Part shown: positions 24,821 to 35,835 of the stretch, in pieces
Layout: each line of letters opens with the position of its first letter
Numbering within the stretch: position 1 is the stretch's first letter
From: Felis catus
Taxonomy: Eukaryota
Assembly (NCBI RefSeq): GCF_018350175.1
Contig: NC_058373.1
Span: forward strand, 108,316,001 to 108,380,000
Reading direction: 5' to 3'
Length of the DNA stretch: 64,000 bases
Position numbers and translations under genes: made by a program
Notes under the pieces: model-generated
Database searches by the model: none
What the model saw: only the letters and a program-made list of their open reading frames with translations
Told to the model about the DNA's origin: nothing

Positions 24821-24949
24821 TTGACTGGTCTTGACTGTTTCATGTCTCTTGCCTCTATACACATTACTAATCTGTTCTACCTCTTAACTTAATTGTTTTT
24901 CAACTCTCTATTCCCACTGCCATGCTACCAGCCCCCATCCTCCAAGTGT

Positions 24950-25115
24950 TCCCTCATTAGCATAAACTTATGGTATGGTTGAAAGGGGCTTACAATGCAT
25001 AACAAAAGATGCTCCCCCCACATCGGTCACTCAGGAAATTCCAAGTGTTTTAGAAGCTTTGTACTTGGAACTGGGACCATCAAATATATATGTTTTGTTA
25101 TATCACAGTATCAGA
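24950..25115. mobile_element. ERV LTR fragment (MER21-like)
   Basis: ctcattagcataaac..ggttgaaaggggctt..cactcaggaaattccaag; family recognised from memory. Confidence 0.6.
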
Positions 25116-25649
25116 CATGCTGTAGTTGAGTGCTTCCTGATCTGTTTGGAGACCACTTAGCACACTACTCCTTCTTCAAGTGTACTTAGCATCCTGTTGC
25201 CAAAGATATTTTACCAAAAAATTCAACATGATTTTATTGTTCATCTGCCCCTAATTACTTAAAGATTTCCCATTATCTACTGTGCCAGCATAATTTGGAT
25301 CTAACTTTCCTTTCCAGTTGCACTGTCTATCTCTTAGCCCTTTGCTCATAGTCCTCTACTTCCACGCATCTTCTGTGTATCACTTAAGAGAGAGCCTAGG
25401 ACATCCTGAGCGCTTTATAATTTGGGATCTCCACCAAATTACTTGTCATTATCTCAACATCTGTGTTTTCATCCCTGGCACAGTCTAAAAGGACCTTTGT
25501 GTTTGACTTCCCCATGTGTCTGGCAAAGGGTCTTGTTTATATTCCAAAGCCCTGTGTAAATAGCATCTCCTGTGGGAAGCCTTCCCCATCCATCACAGGT
25601 ATAGTTGTTTCTTCCTCTGTTTCCATAGCTATGTTATATCACTCACCTG

Positions 25650-26312
25650 GTATATTACTCTCCTAGGGCCCCCTGAAACAAATTACCACAAACTGGGTGG
25701 CTTCAAGCAACAGAAATTTATTGTCTCACAGTTCTTGAGGGTAGAAGTCTAAAATTAAGGTGTTATAGGGCCATGATCCCTCTGAAACCTAGCTTCTGTT
25801 TTTTTTTTTTTTTTTTTTTAAGTTTACTTACTTATTTTTGAGAGAGAGAGTGAGCGGGGGAGGGACAGAGAGAGAGAGGGAGAAAGAGAATGTCAAGAAG
25901 GCTCCACACTGTCAGCACAGAGCCCAATGTAGGGCTTGAACTCACAAACCATGAGATCATGGCCTGAGGAGAAATCAAGAGTCAGACACTTAACCAGCTG
26001 AGCCACTGAGGAGCCCCCTGGTGGTTAGCTGGAGATTTTTGGTATCCCTTGGCCCACCGTTGCATGATTCCAGCCTCTGCCTTTGTAGGTTTGTGGTGAT
26101 CTCCCTGCTGGGTATTTCCATCTTCACATGGCTCTTTTCTTATAAGGACCAATCTGGCCTAGGGGTCTCCTACTCCAGTATGATTTCATCTTAACTACTT
26201 CTGTTTGCAATGACCCTATTTCCAAATAAGCTCACATTTTGAGATACTAAGAGGTGCAATGTCAGCATGTCATTTTTGGGGGGTGGGTCAGTGGTGCAAT
26301 TAAACCCATAAC
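25650..26312 (-). mobile_element. MaLR MLT1 solo LTR interrupted by a SINE
   Basis: aacaaattaccacaaactgggtggctt..caacagaaatttattgtctcacagttc ... gaccctatttccaaataag..aacccataaca. Confidence 0.85.
25798..26017 (-). mobile_element. CAN-SINE (older subfamily) inside MLT1
   Basis: Poly-T, (GA)n, gtcagcacagagccc..aactcacaaaccatgagatcatg. Confidence 0.93.
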
Positions 26313-28469
26313 ATCTGCCTATATTGTAAACTTTTATAAATGTGTGGGCTCTCCCACTAGACTGTGGATTACACCTTGTTCATCTTTGTGCCTCTTGCTC
26401 TGTCCCATCATGGGCCCTTGTTAAATGTATGGTGTTTAGCTCCTTCCATGAGATGGAAAACTGTGTGAAGGAAGGAGAGGACTTGTGTTTTCTTCAGTAG
26501 GTTATGAATACAGTGGAAGGTGGATTAGGATTTCTGTCATGTAAATTCTACCAGAGCAGTGACTCTGCCTATTTGGTTGAGTAACATATCAGTGCTTAGG
26601 AGATGCCTGGCATAGAGTAGGTGCTAAACAAATATTTATTAAATATTCATATTTATTTACTTGGATAGAAACTATTGAATGAGTGGGTTAAGATTATAGG
26701 AAGTAAGTTATTAATAATTTTAGAAACACTTGGTTTGTCTTTGCCCTGGCTAGGTCTCTGCTGTAGTTAAGATGAATTCACAAGCTCAAGCAAGTAAAGC
26801 TGACCCTTGCTAGCTGACTGCCAGAGGGTAGAAGCCTGATATAAAGATAACCACTGCTGAGATGCTGAAGGCATTGGAATTTGCCTTTTACCTATAGATC
26901 AGCATCCTCCTGGAGACTTTGTGGGCTTCCTCATGTCCTTCAGGGGTATCACAGTGAGGGAAGTTTTCCTAGTATAATTCCTGAGAGAAACGGAGTCTGC
27001 TTTTCTATCTATTCCTGAAAACTCCCAATCATAGGACAATGAAATATATTTTTGCTCCTGTGTACTGCCCCAACTGGATATTTAGCTCAATCCCTGTCCA
27101 CTAACTGGCATTAGCTGACAATTGCCTCATCCCTCTGGAACCACTCATCGCTGGCTTTTCCCAAGATCTCCCACTTCCATGGTTTTGTACTGTGGATGCC
27201 CTCAATTGTACCACATTTGGCACTTGATTTAGAACTATCAACTCTGAGGAGGTGAAAATTTGCCTTGTTTCCTTCCCTTCCCTGCTTTCCTACCTTTTCT
27301 CTAGGGGTATGATCAGCTTCCCCACAGCATATTTCAGAAGGCAGATGCCAGCTTCCTTTTAAAAGGCCTCTTGGGTAACAGCTTAGTATAATATGAAATG
27401 TAAATCTGGGATTTCCTGTACCTCAGAGGCAATGGAGAGTTGATTTTGAGTTTCCATGATGTTATGAAGTTTGTGTTTGTTAACAATCACTTCATATTTA
27501 GGTCAAACTATTATGAAGAGCCTTGAGTGCCGGCTTTCTCAGGTTTGAGTCATGAGTCTTGGAAATGTAGTATGTGGAGCTACTTTTTATCTCAAGATTA
27601 AGAACAAAAGCAGCTACCTTGCCTCCTCTCAGATGGCATGGTTGGAATTTGTCTCTATCACTAAAACATACTCTTCTCAATTTGCTGTGTGATCATTTGA
27701 ATGATTCACTGGCCACCATGAGCCCACACTTGTAATGATTTCAGATAAAGAGGAGCTAGTGGGGAAAGAGAAAGCCCTTTGAGTGCTGGTGCATGAACAG
27801 GTGGAACAGACCAAGGTTTGGGGAATGCTCATTGACATATTACATTCTTCTCACTGGGCCTCTGAAGGAGGATTGACTGAGGCTCTGGCCCACTTTTGTC
27901 ACAGGTATTATATTTATGAATTTTTCCCTTTCCTAAATCTCATTACTATAATTAGCAGCTCCTCATCATAATTCATTTGAATATGCAGGACCACTGGGAA
28001 GTTAGAAACATAGCAATTATTGAAAGAGGGAGATTATTAAAATTCACTTACAGGAGATGAAGGAATAATTGTGAACACAGTTTTTTAATGTAGCCTAAGA
28101 CCTGGGATGCCATCTAATTGCTTCTGTTATGGTTGGGGTCAAAGTAGAGTATCATGTATTAATGTATCACCCACTTGGAAAATCTTCTCTTTACATTCTT
28201 CTTTGTTCCTTCAATGACCTAATATAGAGGAAGCTACCTGCACTGATTTATGCCCAAGGGCCATAAAGGTGAGTGAAAGCCAACACTATTCTCAGATGCC
28301 TGAAATTCTATCTATACTATCTCTTTAGCTTAAAGTCTTGATTTCTGCTAACGAATCTTCTTTGGTAAGCTTTAAGTTGTTATCAAGTATTAATATAATA
28401 TCTTTGTATGAAGGAGTTCTGTGAGTAGGGATGTTGCTATCCTCCAAAGATTCATACTCAAACTTCCTA

Positions 28470-28835
28470 GTGTAGAATTGTTACAGAGAAATGGCTCTCT
28501 GGGCAGGAACTATATTTTCTAGCCCTTCTTGCATCTCTCTGGGAACATATGACAGTTTTAGCCAGTAGAGTGTGGATGGAAGTGATGTGAACTATTTCCA
28601 GACTTAGCCTGTGACAACCTTCTCTGTAATTACTTACTTGCCCCCTTTCTATACCTGCTGCCTGATTGCCACACCCAGGAAATCCAAGAGTTGATGATAG
28701 CAGGGTCTTCATCAGTCTAGAACTGTAAATAGCCATGTGGAAAAGCTCCCCTCTGCCCCTACCTTGAACTTCTATTGTGTTAAGCCACTGAGAATTGGGA
28801 TTTATCCATTACCACATTTAGTGCTACCCTAATAA
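28470..28835 (+). mobile_element. MaLR MLT1 LTR (old)
   Basis: ctagcccttcttgcatct..ggaagtgatgtg..ttctattgtgttaagccactgaga. Confidence 0.65.
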
Positions 28836-29160
28836 AGTGATAAAACACTTTCTTAAAAGTACATTTGATAGATAATTTGAGGTAGTCAAATAGTGAACAT
28901 TGTACTGCTTGTAGCATGTTGGTTAAAAGGGATTTCTCACTGAATTAACATTTAGGATTCTTCTTCCACTTATCAATATTCTTGGTATCATGTTTTCCTT
29001 CTCTTATTTTTGTAGCCTAGAGCAGATATTTGTAAATCATCTCCTAACAGTCCTAAGCATTAGAGCACAAGTGTTTTAGTTTCCCCTCACCCCTGGATCC
29101 TATCTCAACATTTTAAGCTTATATAAATAACCACTTGTACCAAATTAACATAGGATTTTG

Positions 29161-29221
29161 CTGCCTGCCTGCCTGCCTGCCTGCCTCCCTCCCATCCATC
29201 CATCCATCCAGCCAGCCAGCC
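29161..29221. repeat. Compound tetranucleotide (CTGC)n(CCAT)n(CCAG)n, probably an L2 tail
   Basis: Directly visible; followed by L2-like text on the minus strand to ~29330. Confidence 0.8.
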
Positions 29222-29754
29222 CTTGTACTCACCACCTATGTGTGCCAGGAGCTTTGCAGGACTCTGAGGATGCTGTGATAAATGAGACACTCAGCACCTC
29301 TTGTCTCATAGAGCTCACATTCTAGCAATCAGGAATTGTTTTAGAAGTGAATTAGTATTTTCAATGCCTGTAATCTACACCGCATGTTAGAAGTTGTGGT
29401 AGATATTAGTATATAGAATTTCTGCTCTAAAAGCCTGGTTGAGGCAAAGATGGGCCTGACCATCCCCTTTGTCTTTACAATGAACAGAGGTGCACTATGG
29501 GTGAGGTGAGCTGAACAGAGTGTCTGTTCCCTCATTAGCCATTTGGTGTGTGGAAACTTGAATCCAACTCCATTGTACAAATGTCTGCTAAATATCTGAC
29601 TATTTTATTCTTGGTTATAGCTGTTTTGAGTATTTTCAGTAAAATACCTATTTGTGCTGTGCTACCTGAGTGAGACCTTTACATTAAATAGACGTGATGT
29701 TCTTATGAGTGATTATTGTCAATGAAAATTTACCTCATTTTTAATTGAAATCTG

Positions 29755-30250
29755 CATTAATTATCTCTTGGTATGTAATAAGTTACTCTATAAGCTGGAA
29801 TCTTAAAAAGGCAAACATGTATTATTTCACAGTTTCTGATGTCAGGATCACAGGAGTGGGTTAACTTTGTGGTTCTGGCTCAGGGTCCCTCATGAAACTG
29901 AAGCTAGAATATCAGCAGGGGCTGCAGTCATCTGAAGGCTTGACTGGAATTGGAAGATCTACTTCCAAGCAGGCTCACTTAATGAGGTTTTTGGTCAGAG
30001 GCCACAGTTTCTTCTCTTTCCATAGGGGTGCTCATGAAAATGGTGCTCCTTTTCCCCACAGTGTGCAATCCAGAAGAAAGAGAAAGACCACAATAAACCT
30101 TATGACCTAGCTCAGAAGTGACATACCATCACCTTTTCTATATTCTACTTGTCATATGGATAACTCTGATACAGTGTGGGGAGAGGCTGTAGAAAGGCCT
30201 GATTACCAGGAAGTGGAGATCATGGGGGCCATCTTGAAAGCTGGTTGGCT
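29755..30250 (-). mobile_element. MaLR MLT1 LTR
   Basis: tattatttcacagtttctg..ggttctggctcagggtc..gctgcagtcatctgaaggcttgactgga..gggggccatcttg. Confidence 0.8.
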
Positions 30251-30894
30251 GCTATAATGCCCTTTCTTTATGTATCTTTTTACTGTGAGAAATACCACTT
30301 TAATAAAGTAACGTATGGCCATATTCCTACAAAGATTCAGACCATCTTAGGGCTTTTGGGACCATGTCAAAAAGACATAGAGTATGAGAGACTTCTTTTG
30401 TGTTTGGGTAGAGGTATTGCATAGTCATACAGTTTTGATTTTGTAGGACACCCCTTTTTCAAATACATTGTGAATTGAAGACCTTGTTGCTCCTTTAATG
30501 TGGGTCCCCTTGTTTCACAATCCATCCTCACTTGAGTAAGGTTGTGGGACACTGCTGTAGGATAAGACTAGCCTTTAATCTTTAAAGACTTTTGCTTACC
30601 TGTCTTTCCTTTCTTCCCAGTTTCTCCACCAGAATGCTGACTGCAGAGTTTATCTGGGTGTGTCAGGTTTAGCTGCTTAATGAAATTGTTAAGGTGTTCC
30701 TTTAATTTTAAACTTTAGAAAGACAGCAAGACTAAGCTGAGGAGGATCAAGCATATGGCATGGACTGTATCAGTGATTTACACACTTGTCTGATCATAAG
30801 AATTACTTGCCACTTATTAACAATAGAGATTTTCAGCTTGCCCCAGACCTACTAATCAGGATCTTCTGAGGAGAAGCTTGTGTGTTTGCATTTT

Positions 30895-32420
30895 ATTTAA
30901 AAAAATTTTGCATTCATTTATTGCTTTATGGAGGTATAATTTACATACATTATATTAGTTTCAAATACAACATAATGATTTTCTATTTGTGTATATTGTG
31001 AAATGATCACCACAATAAATCTAGTTAATATTCTTCATCACGGATAGTTAAATTCTTTGAGAACTTTTAAGATTTACTCTCTTAACAACTTTAAAATATG
31101 CAATATACTGTTACTGAGTAATCATGCTGTACATTATGTTCTCATGACTTGTGTATTTTATAACTGGAAGTTTGTGCCTTTTGACTCCCTTCATCCATTT
31201 CACCCACCCCCTACTCCCACCTCTGGCAACCATCAATCTGTTCTCTGTATCTATGAGGCTTTTTTTTTTTTAAATAAAGATACCACATATAAGTGAGATC
31301 ATATAGTATTTGTTTTTTTCTGACTTATTTCACTTAGCATAATGCTTTCAAGTTTCATCCATGTTGTCACACGTGGCAAAATTTCTTCTTTTTTATGGCC
31401 GAATCATGTTCTATTGCATATTTATACAAACCTTTATCCATCTATATGTTGATATGTCTATCAACTTAGGTCATTTCCATATCTTGGCTATTGTAAATAA
31501 TGCTGCAGTGAACATAAAACTGCATATATGTTTTTGAGTTAGTATTTTCTTTCTCTTTGGACAAACACCCAGAAGTGGGAATGCTGGATCATATGGTAGT
31601 TCTGTTTTTAATTTTGGGGGGACTCTTCATGCCATTTTCCATAGTGGTGATACCAAATTACATTTTCACCAGCAGGACACAAGGGTTCCCTTTCTCCACA
31701 TCCTCACCAACATTCTTATTTCTTGTCTTTTTGATGATAGCCATTCTTACAGGTGTGAGGTGATATCTCATTGTTGTTTTGATTTGCGTTCCCCTAATGA
31801 TTAGTAATGAGTATCTTTTTCATGTTCCTGTTGACCTTCTGTTTGTCTTCTATGGAAAAGAAGATTCTCTACCAATTTTTGAAATAAAATTTTTTGTTTT
31901 TTTGCTATTGAGTTGTAGAAGGTCTTTATATATTTTAGATATTAACCCCTTATTGTATATGATTTCAAATATTTTCCCATTCAGTAGGTTGCCTTTTTAT
32001 CTTGCTGATGGTTTCCTTTGCTGTGCAGAAGCTTTTTAGTTTGACATAGATCCTACTTGTTGATTTTTTCTTTTGGTGTCAGATTTAAAAATATTATCAC
32101 CAAGATCAGTATCAAGGATCTTAGGCCATGTTTTCTTCTGGGAATTTTGTGGTTTCAGCTTTTACAGTTAAGTTTTTCATCCATTTTGAGTTGGTTTTTG
32201 TGTATGGTATAAGATAGTAGTTGAGTTTCATTTTTTGCATGTGGCTGTCAAGTTTTCTTAACACCACTGTTTTTTCTCCATTGTATATCCATGGCTTCTT
32301 TGTCATAAATTGACTATATATGTGTGGGTTTATTTCTGGGCTATTTTGTTTCATTCATCTATGTATCATTTTAACAGCAATATCATACTGCTTTCCTTAG
32401 GGTAGCCTTGTAATATAGTT
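30895..32420 (-). mobile_element. Older 5'-truncated L1 (3'UTR and ORF2 C-terminus)
   Basis: gatcaccacaataaatctagtta 3'UTR, gccattcttacaggtgtgaggtgatatctcattg, fragment SPEINPHIYSQ. Confidence 0.9.
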
Positions 32421-32508
32421 TATTTTTATTTGTCATTATTATTTTTATAATGTAGTTTAAAATTAGGGATTATGATGAGAAGCCAGTGTTTTTAAAAAAA
32501 GCACTTCA

Positions 32509-32711
32509 GGGGGCACCTGGGTGGCTCAGTTGGTGAAGCATTGGACTTTGGCTCTGGTCATGGTCTAATGGTTCTAATGGTGAGTTCAAGCTGCATGGGG
32601 CTCTCTGGGGCCAGCCCTGAGCCTGTTTCAGATCTTCTGTCTCCCTCTTTCTCTGCCTCCCCCTGGATTGCACATGTGCTCTCTCTCAAAAATATATAAA
32701 CATTAAAAAAA
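32509..32711 (+). mobile_element. CAN-SINE (diverged)
   Basis: ggggcacctgggtggctcagttgg head and A tail. Confidence 0.9.
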
Positions 32712-33352
32712 TTTTAGATAATTTTTATCTCCCAAAGGTTAAAAAACACTGAGATAGATCACAATGGGGACAGTCAAGTGGGCATTTAACTTGGGTTTCA
32801 AATAGAAGTGTTTGGGAAATTTGAAATAAAATAGAGAAAGAGAACAATTTAATAAACAGGCAATTTAGCTTCCTTATTTCTCTTGATGAGGATTTGCTCC
32901 AGTGTGAGAGCAGGGAGGGGTATGTGTCTGGTATTTTCACTTAAGCTTCTTTCCTGCAAGCCTTTTTGCTTCAAACATTTTTGCCATATAACTAATTGGC
33001 TGTAACTTTACTGTAAAAGATAAAATCATGAAATATAAAACAGGGATATTCATAAAAAGGACACAGTGAACATGAAAAATGAATAGCAAAATTAAAAAGA
33101 CTTCATTGCAAAATATAAAATATTTGATTACATTAAAAATGTATAGTGTAGATTCATGGCAATACTGTATAAGTAAGTGATTTTATTTTGGGGATTATAC
33201 CTAAGCATTTATTTTCAAAGTCCTTTATTCATAGTAGTATACATTTTGTGTGTGTGTGCTTCATTTGTTCCTATTGGCCTTACACTTTTTTTTAAAATTT
33301 CTTCCTTCATGAAGAGAACTTACCAGTTTGCAAATACTAGGATGCATATATA

Positions 33353-33562
33353 TTTTTTTAATGTTTATTTATTTTTGAGACAGAGAGAGACAGAGCATGA
33401 ACGGGGGAGGGTCAGAGAGAGAGGGAGACACAGAATCTGAAGCAGGTTCCAGGCTCTGAACTGTCAGCACAGAGCCCGACGCGGGGCTCGAACTCCCGGA
33501 CCGTGAGATCATGACCTGAGCTGAAGTCGGACACTTAACCGACTGAGCCACCCAGGCGCCCC
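33353..33562 (-). mobile_element. CAN-SINE (young)
   Basis: CpG-rich consensus-like body. Confidence 0.96.
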
Positions 33563-33573
33563 AAGGCTGCGTA

Positions 33574-33797
33574 TTTTTTTTTTAATTTTTTTTCAATGTT
33601 TATTTGTTTTTGAGCCAGAGAGAGACAGAGCATGAACAGGGGAGGGGCAGAGAGAGAGGGAGACACAGAATCTGAAACAGGCTCCAGGCTCCGAGCTGTC
33701 AGCACAGAGTCCGACGCGGGGCTCAAACTCACAGGCTGTGAGATCATGACCTGAGCCGAAGTCGGATGCTTAACCGACCAAGCCACCCAGACGCCCC
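33574..33797 (-). mobile_element. CAN-SINE (young), tandem with the previous one
   Basis: TSD aaggctgcgtattttt (33563-33578) / aaggttgcgtattttt (33798-33813). Confidence 0.96.
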
Positions 33798-34105
33798 AAG
33801 GTTGCGTATTTTTAAAGGTGCTTTGTATTGTGTTGAAAAAGCCTTCTACACTGTTTTTGGCATATTGTCACATGTCCATTGATAGTTGTTCCAAAGTTCT
33901 GTGGGAAAATGTGGAAGAAACGCTAACACTGTAATGCATTTATAGCTGAGTTTTGTTATCATCGTAACTGATGTGTTATCATTTTCTACTTTAGTATAAT
34001 ATAGTATGAAATCTAACTTTACACTCTTATTTCACACTCTCAGTGAGGTTTATCACTGTATTTTGTATAAAGTCAACATATGTCATTATTATCATCTACT
34101 ATTTT

Positions 34106-34479
34106 ATTTTGTTTTTTATTTATTTTTTAAATTTACATCCAAGTTAGCATATGGTGCAACAATGATTTTAGGAGTAGATTCCTTAATTCCCCTTACCCAT
34201 TTAGCCCATTCCCACTTCCACAACCCCTCCAGTAACCCTCTGCTTGTTCTCCATATTTAAGAGTCTCTTATGTTTTGTCCCCCTCCCTGTTTTTATATTA
34301 TTTTTGCTTCCCTTCCTTTATGTTAATCTTTTTTGTATCGTAAAGTCATCATATGAGTGAAGTCATATATTTGTCTTTCTCTGACTGGCTAATTTAACTT
34401 AGCATAATACCTTCTAGCTCTATCCACGTAGTTGCAAATGGCAAGATGCCATTCTTTTTGATTGCCGAGTAATACTCCA

Positions 34480-34529
<50 letters not shown>

Positions 34530-34663
34530 CAACCACATCTTCTTTATCCATTCATCCATTGATGGGCATTTGGGCTCTTTCCATACTTTGGCTATTGTTG
34601 ATAGTGCTGCTATAAACATGGGGGTGCATGTGCCCCTTAGAAACAGCATACCTATATCCCTTG
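34106..34663 (-). mobile_element. 5'-truncated L1 containing (TG)n at 34482-34526
   Basis: GTCTPMFIAALSTIAKVWKEPKCPSMDEWIKKMW; TSD tatcatctactatttt (34090-34105) / tatcatccactatttt (34664-34679). Confidence 0.95.
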
Positions 34664-35129
34664 TATCATCCACTATTTTAAGACCACTATGTTTACTTGT
34701 CACCATGTGGACTATTATGAGGGCTAGCTTAGCTGTATATAGACAGTTATGAGGGCTAAGATTCATCTGATATAAAAATGAGAACTTTATCAATGGAGAG
34801 ATGAAACCAAACTGACAAGTAGCTTCGATTCATGAACTCTGCTGAAGATGGTTGATTAATCAATGGAGAAATGAAACCAAACTATCAACCAGTTATTTTA
34901 ACTCTTATGGCTGATTAGTTATGTGGCAAAGTGTTTGCAGCAAAGATGTCTACGGCAAAGAAGTTTATGGCAAAACTACTTAGAACTGGTTGGGTGATGC
35001 TGTCTTGGTAGTCTGGGCTCTGTAGTGCCTTCTGGCTGTGAGCATCTCTCCCTGATTGAAAATATAGGAAAATATAGTGCTTAGAGATACAGGATTTTTA
35101 ATATATATATATTTCTTTTATACTGATGG

Positions 35130-35131
<2 letters not shown>

Positions 35132-35176
<45 letters not shown>
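35132..35176. repeat. (TA)n microsatellite
   Basis: Directly visible. Confidence 0.97.
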
Positions 35177-35178
<2 letters not shown>

Positions 35179-35403
35179 GAAACTCAAGCCAGCTTCTGCA
35201 TCTGGTGCTAGACCAAGAGGCAGCAATCCATTTCAAACACTGAAATCAAAATGAGCTATATTGGGTACTTATGAGCATACTTTCAGAGTAATACAAAGAA
35301 TTTTCAAGATAATTTAGACGATGCAATTTTTGCTTGGTATGATAACTTTAAAACCCCATGAGAGATTACTGCATTGTATACATGGTATATACCATGTATA
35401 TCT

Positions 35404-35835
35404 TGTTTAGTTTCCTGTAGCCACCATAATATCACCTTAGAACAACAGAAATTTATTCTCTTACGTTATGGGGGCCAGAAGTCCAAAATCAAGGTGTTGA
35501 CAAGGCTGTGCTCCCACTGAAGGCTCTACAGGAAAATCTTTCCTTTCCTCTTCCAGCTTTGGTTGGGTCTAGATGTTTCCTAGCTTATGGCTACATAACT
35601 CCAATTTCTGTCTTTATGTGCCTTCCCTTCTTCTTGTGTGTCCCTCCTCTGTGTCTCTTAGAAGGACACTTGTCATTAGATTTAGGGCTCACCTGGAGAA
35701 TCAGAATGATTTTATTTTGAGATCCTTAATTATATCTGCAAAGACTTTTTTTTTAAATAAGTAAGATCATATTCACAGATTCTGGGGGTTAAGATATGGA
35801 CATATCTTTTTGGGAGCCACTGTTCAACCTACTGT
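35404..35835 (-). mobile_element. MaLR MLT1 solo LTR
   Basis: caacagaaatttattctctta..ggccagaagtccaaaatcaaggtg..atggacatatctttttggg..ttcaacctact. Confidence 0.85.

Larger units (their letters stand above)
30771..32751. mobile_element. MER5-like hAT MITE split by an L1 and a SINE
   Basis: Starts cagtg (30771), has ccccagacctactaatcag, resumes near 32480 and ends aggttaaaaaacactg. Confidence 0.55.
32924..34986 (-). mobile_element. MULE/Mutator-superfamily DNA transposon fossil (Ricksha-like) with ~80-bp TIRs
   Basis: 32924-33006 aligns by eye with the reverse complement of 34904-34986. Minus-strand translation gives FPTELWNNY..MPK/NSVEGFFNTIQS and MHPSICKLV. Confidence 0.75.
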
